NCBI GenBank assembly: GCA_044352465.1
Contig: JBILDU010000067.1
Location: 1-17,040, forward strand
DNA length: 17,040 bases
DNA from: Bdellovibrionota bacterium
GTDB taxonomy: Bacteria; Bdellovibrionota_C; UBA2361
Reading direction: 5' to 3'
Below are positions 1 to 7,793 of this stretch, in pieces; the first letter of the stretch is position 1, and each line of letters begins with the position of its first letter. A model generated the notes under the pieces. It was not told the origin of the DNA. It saw only the letters and a program-made list of their open reading frames with translations, and searched no databases. A program made the position numbers and the translations under genes.

Positions 1-370
1 AATCCTCGAAGGGGAGGAAAGTCGGGACTTCAAAGGGTAGGTTGGCTGTTAACGGCAGCCTCGGGTGACCGAGGGAAAGTGCCACAGAAAAGAAGTCCGC
101 CATGGTTCGCAAGAGCTGTGGCAAGGGTGAAACGGTGAGGTAAGAGCTCACCAGGAGCGGAGTGATCCGTTTCCTTGGTAAACCCCAGCCGAAGCAAGAC
201 CGAATAGGGAGGCTGTGGGGTGGCTTTCGGGCCGCCCCTCGATGTGACCCGCATCGTGGTCTCCGGGTAGCGTCGCTTGAACCGTTCGGCAACGAACGGT
301 CTAGATGAATGATCGCTCACGGCGCGGTGTCAAAGCTGCGTCGAACAGAATCCCGCTTATCGCTCTACTT
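1..370 (+). ncRNA. rnpB: Ribonuclease P RNA, bacterial A-type (5' end of P1 lies before the window)
   Basis: Conserved blocks occur in order: GAGGAAAGTC (14-23), GAAAGTGCCACAGAAA, GGGTGAAACGGTG..GTAAGAGC, GGTAAACCCC (L15 GGU), GAAGCAAG, CTAGATGAATGA and ACAGAATCCCGCTTAT (345-360). P4 and P5 pairings are intact. Confidence 0.97.
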
Positions 371-597
371 TTCCTTAGTACCTACTGAATAAAGGGGCCA
401 CAAGGCCTCTCGAGGAGTGGCCTTGACCGTACCCTCTTATCGTTTTATTACTGAAAAGATTCGGTTTTTTAGTTGAGCAGATGGCCACATCTGTCCAACA
501 AAAAAAGCGGTAAGTGGCGCACACCGGCGCGTCGTCGTTAGCCGAATATCTTTGTTTCTTCTCGTCCCGGTGCCGACGGGGGATGGTCCGCTCTGTT

Positions 598-1299
598 ATG
601 AAACTATCGATCGTTATTCCTTGCTTCAATGAGTCTTCAACCATCGAGAATATCGTTGCTGCAGTAAAAGTAGCCCCGGTTGCTGATAAGGAGATTATCA
701 TTGTTGATGATTATTCCAGTGATGGGACACGAGATATTTTGCGAGAACGGATCGCGTCGCAGGTTGATAAAGTAATCTACCACGAGCGCAATCAAGGGAA
801 GGGCGCGGCGCTTCGCACGGGCTTCAAAGCTGCAACCGGGGATGTGGTGGTCGTTCAAGACGCCGACCTCGAGTACGATCCTCAAGAGTATCCGAAACTC
901 ATGGAGCCGATACTGCGTGATAAGGCGGATGTGGTCTTCGGTTCTCGTTTCATGGGGGGGGAGCCCCATCGTGTGGTCTATTTCTGGCACTGTGTCGGGA
1001 ACCGCTTCTTAACCCTTCTCTCCAATATGCTCACGAACATCAACCTCACCGACATGGAGACGTGTTACAAGATGTTCCGGCGTGAGGTTATTCAGTCGAT
1101 CACCATTGAGGAGGATCGATTCGGTTTTGAGCCTGAGATAACGGCAAAGGTGGCACGGGGGCGGTACCGCATATACGAGGTCGGTATCTCTTACTACGGG
1201 CGTACCTACGCGGAGGGGAAAAAGATCGGTTGGCGGGACGGTTTCCGGGCGATCTATGCGATCGTTCGGTACAACCTTTTTGCTGCAGGATCGAAGTAA
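598..1299 (+). CDS. Family 2 glycosyltransferase, DPM1/ArnC-like polyprenyl-phosphate sugar transferase
   Basis: Motifs [57 protein letters not shown] and [11 protein letters not shown] 598 is preferred to GTG 514 because the family motif starts there. Confidence 0.93.
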   Translation: MKLSIVIPCFNESSTIENIVAAVKVAPVADKEIIIVDDYSSDGTRDILRERIASQVDKVIYHERNQGKGAALRTGFKAATGDVVVVQDADLEYDPQEYPKLMEPILRDKADVVFGSRFMGGEPHRVVYFWHCVGNRFLTLLSNMLTNINLTDMETCYKMFRREVIQSITIEEDRFGFEPEITAKVARGRYRIYEVGISYYGRTYAEGKKIGWRDGFRAIYAIVRYNLFAAGSK

Positions 1300-1362
1300 T
1301 GGCGCCGAGGGGGCGTCGCTCGTTCTTCGTGAGGAAAGGTTTGCGTTGAGGGATGCTTGGGT

Positions 1363-2811
1363 ATGACCCACGACGGCGTAGAGAGTCCTGCTGGAGCCGA
1401 GCTGCCACTCTGCGTGGATCTCGATGGTACCCTCGTGCAGACCGACCTCTTCGCCGAGGCGATATTCCTTTTCGTCAAGAAATTCCCGTGGCGACTCTTC
1501 CACCTCCTCATCTGGCTCCTGCGCGGTCGTGCTTACGCAAAGCAAAAAGTTGCTGCGGCGGTTGATATCGACCCCACTACCCTCCCGTATCACACCGAGT
1601 TCCTCGAGTTTTTAAAAGAGGAGCGGCTCCGTGGGCGCATCCTGGTGCTTGCCACCGCGGCCGACTCCAAACATGCCAAAGCGGTGGAGGACCATCTCCA
1701 TCTTTTTCACGAGATCGTCTCGAGCGATGGTCGGACCAATAATAAAGGTGCCGCCAAGGCGCGTGCTCTCACCGAGCGCTTCGGGGTGGGGCAATTCGCC
1801 TATGCGGGGAATTCTGCCGCGGACAAGCCTATATGGAAAGTCGCGGGGGAGCGCCTTGTCGTTAATGCTTCGCCTGAGTTGACGAGTGAGATCGACGCCA
1901 GTGGAGTTGAACGGATTTTTGCTGGCCCACCGGTGCGACCCTTTGTCTTCGCGCGGGCGATACGAATGCATCAGTGGGTCAAAAATTTGCTCCTCGTCGT
2001 CCCCGCGCTGATGGCCCACGTGCCGATCTCTGTTCCAGTCCTCGTGTCCCTGGTCGTCGCCTTTTTCTCCTTCTGTTTTTGTGCTTCGGCGGTATATCTT
2101 CTGAACGATCTGGTCGATCTTCCGGCCGATCGGACCCATCGCTATAAACGGTTGCGACCTTTGGCGCGAGGAGAGATGTCGCTCCTGGTTGCTCTTGGAT
2201 CGATACCGTTGTTGCTTGTCAGCGCCGTGCTTCTCGCCGCGATCCTTCCGCAAGAGTTTCTGTGGGTTCTGGGTGGGTATTTCGGCACGACCCTCGCGTA
2301 CTCTCTGCGACTGAAACAGATCGTGCTGGTCGATATTATCACGTTGGCATCGCTCTACACGGTGCGGCTTCTCGCTGGTGCCGTGGCGGTAGGGGTCGTC
2401 GTTTCGGAATGGCTGCTCGGATTCTCGATGTTTTTCTTCTTTAGCTTGGCGTGCGTGAAACGGTTTTCCGAGCTTCGTGTCGCGCGAAAATCGAACGAGT
2501 CGGGTGCCCGTGGTCGAGGGTATCTCGCCTCTGATTTAGAGCAGATTGCGATGTTCGGTACCGTGAGTGGATACCTGTCGGTGCTCGTCCTTGCGCTCTA
2601 TGTGAGCAGTGTTGATGTTCAACGGCTCTACGATTCCCCCGGTTATTTATGGCTTATTTGCCCTTTGGTGTTGTACTGGCTCTCGCGTGTCTGGCTCCTT
2701 GCGCATCGGGGCGAATTTCACGATGATCCGATCGTTTTCGCGATTCGCGATAAGGTGAGCTACCTCGTCGGGGGCGCGTGCGCCGGAGTAATGGTGTGGG
2801 CCGCAATATAG
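1363..2811 (+). CDS. HAD-like phosphatase fused to a UbiA-family prenyltransferase (decaprenyl-phosphate phosphoribosyltransferase-like)
   Basis: The N-terminal half has HAD motifs (VDLDGTL, LATA, NKGAAK, GNSAAD). The hydrophobic C-terminal half has QWVKNLL, YLLNDLVDLPADRTH..KRLRP, VKRFSEL and HDDP, typical of DPPR synthases. It lies directly upstream of dprE1/dprE2 homologues. Start is ATG 1363 or TTG 1357. Confidence 0.92.
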   Translation: MTHDGVESPAGAELPLCVDLDGTLVQTDLFAEAIFLFVKKFPWRLFHLLIWLLRGRAYAKQKVAAAVDIDPTTLPYHTEFLEFLKEERLRGRILVLATAADSKHAKAVEDHLHLFHEIVSSDGRTNNKGAAKARALTERFGVGQFAYAGNSAADKPIWKVAGERLVVNASPELTSEIDASGVERIFAGPPVRPFVFARAIRMHQWVKNLLLVVPALMAHVPISVPVLVSLVVAFFSFCFCASAVYLLNDLVDLPADRTHRYKRLRPLARGEMSLLVALGSIPLLLVSAVLLAAILPQEFLWVLGGYFGTTLAYSLRLKQIVLVDIITLASLYTVRLLAGAVAVGVVVSEWLLGFSMFFFFSLACVKRFSELRVARKSNESGARGRGYLASDLEQIAMFGTVSGYLSVLVLALYVSSVDVQRLYDSPGYLWLICPLVLYWLSRVWLLAHRGEFHDDPIVFAIRDKVSYLVGGACAGVMVWAAI

Positions 2812-4133
2812 CTCGAGAAGATCTTTTTTCCTGGGGGCGGTATCCCCGTCCGACCCAGACAGCGGTGAGCTTGTCGTGGCGTGATGAGCCCTGGCCGGTT
2901 GACGGCGGGGTCCTCTTGCCGCGGGGAAGCGGCCGAAGCTACGGTGACGTTTGCTTGAATTCAAGGGGAGCCCTCCTCCTTACCCGTTCGCTAAATCGAT
3001 TCATCGCCTGGGATGGGGAACAGGGCATCCTCCGATGTGAGGCTGGCACCACCTTGGATCAGATCCTCTCTTTTGCCGTGCCGCGAGGATGGTTTCCTCC
3101 GGTAGTTCCGGGGACGCAGTACGTTTCGGTCGGCGGGGCGATTGCGAACGATATCCACGGTAAAAATCACCACCTCAGCGGAACGTTTGGCCGACATGTG
3201 CTGCGGTTTGAGCTCCGCCGCTCGGATGGGAGTCGTCATCTCTGCTCTCCAATTGAAAATCCGGCGCTTTTCGGAGCAACGATTGGGGGTCTCGGATTAA
3301 CCGGTATGATCACATGGGCGGAGATTCAACTCACGCCGATCGAGACCCCATGGATCAAGATGGAGTCGGTTAAATTTCGGGGGCTTGAGGAATTCTTTGC
3401 TTTGTCACGGGGGACAAGTGCGGAGCTTCCGTACACGGTAGCGTGGCTCGATTGTGTGGCAACCGGGGGCGATTTCTGCCGGGGGATTTTTATGCGGGGG
3501 GCCCATGTGCCGAGAGCAGAGATGGTGGGGGCGCCTGGAATGCCGCGCCGTAGGAGAGCCGCTGTTCCGCTCGATGCGCCGGGATGGTTGCTAAACCGCT
3601 GGTCGGTGAAGGCATTCAATTCGGCGTATTTTAACCGCCAGCGCAGTGAGCGCCATGCCTCGCTCGTCGGTTATGAGTCGTTTTTCTTTCCCCTCGATGG
3701 AGTGTGGGGGTGGAATCGTATCTATGGCCGGCGGGGCTTCTTCCAATTCCAATGTGTCGTACCGTCAGCCGCGCGCCAAGTTTTGCAGGACATTCTGATG
3801 ACGGTCGTTGACTCCGGCCGAGCATCTTTTCTGGCGGTTTTGAAGGAGTTTGGGGCGATACCATCCCCGGGGTGGCTCTCCTTCCCCCGCCCAGGGGTTA
3901 CCTTGTGTCTCGATTTCCCTAATGATGGAGAGGGCACTGTTGCGCTGATGAAGCAACTTGAGGTGATGGTCGTTGATGCTGGCGGAGCGCTCTACCCTGC
4001 GAAGGACGCTTTGATGTCGGGGGACACGTTTCGAGCGAGTTTTCCCCGCTGGAAAGACTTTTTAACGATGGTTGACCCAGGCCTCAGCTCGGACCTGTGG
4101 CAACGGGTACAAGGGGTAGGTGGGCATGAGTAA
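2796..4133 (+). CDS. dprE1: FAD-dependent decaprenylphosphoryl-beta-D-ribose 2'-oxidase-like protein
   Basis: Motifs SWGR, RGSGRSYGD, PGTQYVSVGGAIANDIHGKNHH, GGLGLTG, WNRIYGRRGFFQFQ, LSFPRPGVTLCLDFP and LYPAKD. GTG 2796 has GGAG 7 nt upstream; GTG 2778 is an alternative start. Confidence 0.92.
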   Translation: MGRNIAREDLFSWGRYPRPTQTAVSLSWRDEPWPVDGGVLLPRGSGRSYGDVCLNSRGALLLTRSLNRFIAWDGEQGILRCEAGTTLDQILSFAVPRGWFPPVVPGTQYVSVGGAIANDIHGKNHHLSGTFGRHVLRFELRRSDGSRHLCSPIENPALFGATIGGLGLTGMITWAEIQLTPIETPWIKMESVKFRGLEEFFALSRGTSAELPYTVAWLDCVATGGDFCRGIFMRGAHVPRAEMVGAPGMPRRRRAAVPLDAPGWLLNRWSVKAFNSAYFNRQRSERHASLVGYESFFFPLDGVWGWNRIYGRRGFFQFQCVVPSAARQVLQDILMTVVDSGRASFLAVLKEFGAIPSPGWLSFPRPGVTLCLDFPNDGEGTVALMKQLEVMVVDAGGALYPAKDALMSGDTFRASFPRWKDFLTMVDPGLSSDLWQRVQGVGGHE

Positions 4134-4866
4134 TATCGTCATCTTTGGTGCAACGTCGGCGATCGCTCTCGGGGCCGCCCGGCAGTGGGCCGAGCTGGGA
4201 AACTCCTTCTGCCTTGTTGGTCGCGATGCTGAGAGGCTGAAGGTCGTTGGGGACGATTTGCGGATAAGGGGAGCCGCTCGGTGTGTTGAGGTCGCCGGCG
4301 ATGCTGCCGATATCAGCGCACATGAGTCGATCTGGTCGCAGTGTGAAGCCGAGTTCGGTGGAAAAGTCGACACCGTACTTGTAGCCTACGGCTCACTGCC
4401 TGACCATGAGGCGGTACTTCTTGATCCGGTAGCTGTCTGTCGTTCCATCCAAGTTAATTTCACGAGTGTGGTGGCGCTCTTGACCCGGATTGTCCCGGTG
4501 TTCGAGCGAGCCGGTCGAGGGACGATCGCTGTGATCTGCTCGGTGGCAGGGGACCGGGGGCGGCAGAGCAACTATATCTACGGGGCGGCAAAGGGTGGGC
4601 TGGCCGTTTTCCTCGAAGGTTTGCGTAACCGTTTAGCCTCGCGAGGGGTTCATGTGCTGACGATTAAGCCCGGTTTCGTCGATACCCCGATGACTGCGCA
4701 CCTTCGGAAGGGCCCACTTTTCGCATCAGCGGAGGAGGTCGGGCGAGGGATCGTTCAGGCCGTGGAGAGGTGCCGAGACGTGGTGTATCTGCCCTGGTTC
4801 TGGAGGCCGATAATGGCGATGATTCGGGCTGTACCTGAGGGCATATTCAAGTATTTGAAGCTGTAG
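4126..4866 (+). CDS. dprE2: Short-chain dehydrogenase, decaprenylphospho-2-keto-pentose reductase-like
   Basis: Motifs GATSAIA, SVAGDRGRQSNYIYGAAK (catalytic YxxxK) and KPGFVDTPMT. ATG 4126 overlaps the dprE1 stop (ATGAGTAA). Confidence 0.9.
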   Translation: MSNIVIFGATSAIALGAARQWAELGNSFCLVGRDAERLKVVGDDLRIRGAARCVEVAGDAADISAHESIWSQCEAEFGGKVDTVLVAYGSLPDHEAVLLDPVAVCRSIQVNFTSVVALLTRIVPVFERAGRGTIAVICSVAGDRGRQSNYIYGAAKGGLAVFLEGLRNRLASRGVHVLTIKPGFVDTPMTAHLRKGPLFASAEEVGRGIVQAVERCRDVVYLPWFWRPIMAMIRAVPEGIFKYLKL

Positions 4867-5426
4867 TGGTGATGTTGTTCTCCGAAAAATGCGGCGGAAG
4901 TGGCCGCGCACTCCTCTTCCTTGCATGGTGGGGAGTGGTCGGTAATAGCGGTTGCGCACCGGCCGGCCCGGTCGTCGACGAGCGCTTTGTTGCCCGCCCA
5001 GAGTTGTACGCGGTGGCGATGGCAGCGGAGGGGGCGAGCGACGCTTCCCGGGGAAGATTCCGCGAAGCTGAGCTTAATTTTCGGCGTGCGCTCTTTATCG
5101 CGCCCGAGGCGGATAACGTGCGTCATAACCTGGGTCGGGCACTCCTACGCGGTGGGGATGGCGAAGCGGCTGAGATCGAGTATCGCTACCTTCTGTCAAA
5201 GCGCCCGGCGGGTGTCTTTTCCCAAGAGCTCGCCGCCGCGCTCCTTCTTCAAGAGCGATATGAGGAAGCGCGCGAGATCTATGAGCTGCTCTACCACTGG
5301 GCCGTAGCTCAGGGGGATGTGTCCGGCCAGCATGACCTTGCGCGCGCTCTCGCTGATGTGTTCTTTCGTTTAGGGCGAGGAGATGAAGCGAATTGCTGGA
5401 GTGGGAAAGGGGCCTCGCTAGGGTGA
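4866..5426 (+). CDS. TPR-repeat protein, possibly a lipoprotein
   Basis: TPR-like helices (FRRALFIAPEADNVRHNLGRALL, LLQERYEEAREIY, FFRLGRGDEA). A hydrophobic N-terminal stretch ends in NSGC. The start overlaps the previous stop (TAGTG); ATG 4872 is an alternative. Confidence 0.7.
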   Translation: MVMLFSEKCGGSGRALLFLAWWGVVGNSGCAPAGPVVDERFVARPELYAVAMAAEGASDASRGRFREAELNFRRALFIAPEADNVRHNLGRALLRGGDGEAAEIEYRYLLSKRPAGVFSQELAAALLLQERYEEAREIYELLYHWAVAQGDVSGQHDLARALADVFFRLGRGDEANCWSGKGASLG

Positions 5427-5442
5427 CGCCTTATGACTCGCT

Positions 5443-6909
5443 TTAAAACAGATCTTGCTCGTCCGCCGGAGGTCGAGCCGCTTGGCCGTCGGCAAAATCC
5501 TCGAACTCATCCCGTTCCTCGAGCGAGTCGAAGCGGGTGTAATCTCCCGCGAAGGCGAGGCGCACCGTCCCGATCGGGCCGCTACGCTGTTTCGCGATGA
5601 TAAGCTCGGCGACGCCCTTGTCTTGCGTCTCCTTATTATAGACCTCATCACGATAGATAAACATGATGATGTCGGCGTCTTGCTCGATTGCACCTGATTC
5701 GCGCAGGTCGGACATCTGGGGCCGTTTATTGTCGCGGGTTTCGACCGAACGATTGAGCTGCGAAAGCGCGATGACCGGGATGTTGAGCTCTTTCGCCAGG
5801 GCCTTGAGCGAGCGTGAGATGTCGGAGATCTCTTGCTCGCGGCTGTGACTGTATGAGGGGCTCCGCATAAGCTGGAGATAGTCGACGACGATGAGCGCAA
5901 GCTGATCCTCTCGGTGGAGGCGTCGTGCCTTCGCGCGCATCTCGGTGATGGTGATAGCGGGAGTGTCGTCGATGTAGATCGGTGCCTCAGCGATCTTACT
6001 CGCGGCGTCAACGAGTCGCGGAAAGTCACGCTCGCCGAGGTGCCCGGTGCGTACTTTGGAATTCTCCACTCGAGCCTCGCAGCAGAGCATACGCAAGACA
6101 AGCTGCTCCTTCGACATTTCGAGCGAGAATACGGCCACCGCCTTATGCTTCTCGATGCCCACTGACTGAGCCATGTTCAGTGCGAGCGCGGTTTTTCCCA
6201 TTGAGGGGCGCGCCGCGATGATGATGAGGTCGCTCGGTTGAAACCCCGCGGTCATACGATCAAGGTCGCGGAATCCGGTCGGCACTCCCGTCACCGGCTC
6301 CTTTTGATCGTACAATTTCTCAACCAGTTTAATCGATTCCTGAACGACGTCGCCGACTCGGGTAAAGGCCGGCTTGATCCGATACTCCGATACTCCGAGG
6401 ATTCGTTGCTCTGTGGAGTCGAGAAACTCCTCCATCTCGCCTTCCACCTTGAAGGCCTCTTGGACGATCTCGGTCGCTTCGTGGATGACGCGGCGGCGGA
6501 GCGCCATCTCTTTGACCACTTTGGCGTAATATCCCACGTTCGCCGCGCTGGGTACTGCGCTGGCAAGTTTGGAGAGATACTCAATCCCCCCCGATTGCTC
6601 GAGGAGCCCCATGGAACGGAGTTGGGTGCTTAGTGTGACGATGTCGATCGGCTCACGTTTGTCGGTGAGACTGACCATCGCCTCGAATATGGCTTTGTGT
6701 GCTGCGCGGTAAAAGTCCTCTGGTCGAATCCGTTCGAGGGCGTTGTTGATTGATTCGTTGTCGAGAAGCACGCCGCCCAATACCGACTCTTCGGCTTCGA
6801 GCGCCTGCGGTGGGAGGCGACCACCCAGAGTCGCCGGTTCTTCCCTGCGGTAGTCGGGGCGATCTGAACCGGGACGGCGCGACTTTTTAAAATCGGAAAC
6901 AGAGCTCAT
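5443..6909 (-). CDS. dnaB: Replicative DNA helicase
   Basis: Motifs PPQALEAEESVLG, TGVPTGF, Walker A AARPSMGKT, FSLEM, VDYLQL, SQLNR, DLRESGAIEQDAD and KQRSGP. Normal length, no intein. Confidence 0.99.
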   Translation of the reverse strand: MSSVSDFKKSRRPGSDRPDYRREEPATLGGRLPPQALEAEESVLGGVLLDNESINNALERIRPEDFYRAAHKAIFEAMVSLTDKREPIDIVTLSTQLRSMGLLEQSGGIEYLSKLASAVPSAANVGYYAKVVKEMALRRRVIHEATEIVQEAFKVEGEMEEFLDSTEQRILGVSEYRIKPAFTRVGDVVQESIKLVEKLYDQKEPVTGVPTGFRDLDRMTAGFQPSDLIIIAARPSMGKTALALNMAQSVGIEKHKAVAVFSLEMSKEQLVLRMLCCEARVENSKVRTGHLGERDFPRLVDAASKIAEAPIYIDDTPAITITEMRAKARRLHREDQLALIVVDYLQLMRSPSYSHSREQEISDISRSLKALAKELNIPVIALSQLNRSVETRDNKRPQMSDLRESGAIEQDADIIMFIYRDEVYNKETQDKGVAELIIAKQRSGPIGTVRLAFAGDYTRFDSLEERDEFEDFADGQAARPPADEQDLF

Positions 6910-6964
6910 GAAAATTTTACGCCTTCAGAGAACTGCGGAGCAGGACGACCATTGACCACGGCGC

Positions 6965-7615
6965 TTAGCGCCAAATCGTCTCCGAGTCGGAGAGGTCTAT
7001 CCACTTCGCCGCCGACTTCAGTATATCACCGGCATTGAACTGCCCAAAGTCCGCGCTAATAGTATCGACCCCTAATTCTTTCACAAGAGAAATCGGGTAG
7101 GCGAGATCGCGGCCTGGGCAGACCACCGTAATAATCCGGTTTTCGGGGCGAGCGGCTCCGTTGTTCGCGGTATCGCCCGTCGGCGGGGGCGGTCGGTGAG
7201 CCGGCGTTGTGGGTCCCTCGTGGAAGCCTCCTTCGGTCGAGTACTCGCTCAGAGAGCTAAAGGAGGAGTGTCCTAGCGCAAATGCCACCATATCGGCCGC
7301 CATCTCGATGTCGACGCTGACCTGTCGATTCACTCCTTTAGGGGGAAGTCGTTTCACCACGACTCGTAGGCCTGCTCGAGTTACGGCGTCAAGGAACGCT
7401 CTTTGGCGAGAATCATCTTCGTAGGGGATAAGGGTGTAGTAGCGGGCAACAACCGGGGGGGTGCCTGAAGTAACCCCTCGGACAAGAGATGCCATATCGA
7501 CTTTCCGATTGATCCGGCGGGTAGCGCGGTCGAGCCCCGTGCCATCGATAAACAGTCCAATGACCCGTTTCTCGGTTCGTCGGACGACCCCTTTGCCGAG
7601 CTCTTCGTACTTCAT
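6965..7615 (-). CDS. NYN/LabA (DUF88, PIN-fold) domain protein with a degenerate active site
   Basis: GLFIDG, ARYY, VDIEMAAD, LVKELGV and LKSAAKWIDL follow the LabA/DUF88 layout. The usual SGDxDF is replaced by CPGRDL. Confidence 0.78.
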   Translation of the reverse strand: MKYEELGKGVVRRTEKRVIGLFIDGTGLDRATRRINRKVDMASLVRGVTSGTPPVVARYYTLIPYEDDSRQRAFLDAVTRAGLRVVVKRLPPKGVNRQVSVDIEMAADMVAFALGHSSFSSLSEYSTEGGFHEGPTTPAHRPPPPTGDTANNGAARPENRIITVVCPGRDLAYPISLVKELGVDTISADFGQFNAGDILKSAAKWIDLSDSETIWR

Positions 7616-7645
7616 GGCATCTACCCAAACTGAAAATGTCTTGGG

Positions 7646-7674
7646 AGGATAAACCCGTCCCCAAACGATGTCAA
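7646..7674 (-). promoter_or_regulatory. Sigma70-type promoter for the NYN-dnaB unit
   Basis: The minus strand reads TTGACA-N17-TATCCT, about 30 nt upstream of ATG 7615. Confidence 0.65.
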
Positions 7675-7793
7675 AGTATGGCCTGATTCAAGGCGAGTCG
7701 CTTCGGTTCGCAACCTTTGAAGGGGATGTTAAAGGGCCGGTTCGATTCCCAGTTGTCGTGGCTTCTTGTGGGGGGGGATGACTTCGCGCCTCG

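Noticed and set aside
30..320. 96-aa minus-strand ORF
   Set aside because: It is the antisense shadow of the RNase P RNA.
5418..6101. 227-aa alternative-frame ORF inside dnaB, and similar long shadow ORFs (1009-1593, 1612-2253, 9684-10220, 12431-13078)
   Set aside because: They overlap well-supported genes, are mostly Arg/Ser-rich without motifs, and are expected at high GC.
6910..6919. TAAAAT just upstream of dnaB as a leaderless promoter
   Set aside because: It is only 4 nt from the ATG, so transcription would start inside or past the start codon.
7736..7753. GGTTCGATTCC resembling a tRNA T-loop or attachment site
   Set aside because: The flanks give only 2 bp of stem, and there is no cloverleaf or integrase.
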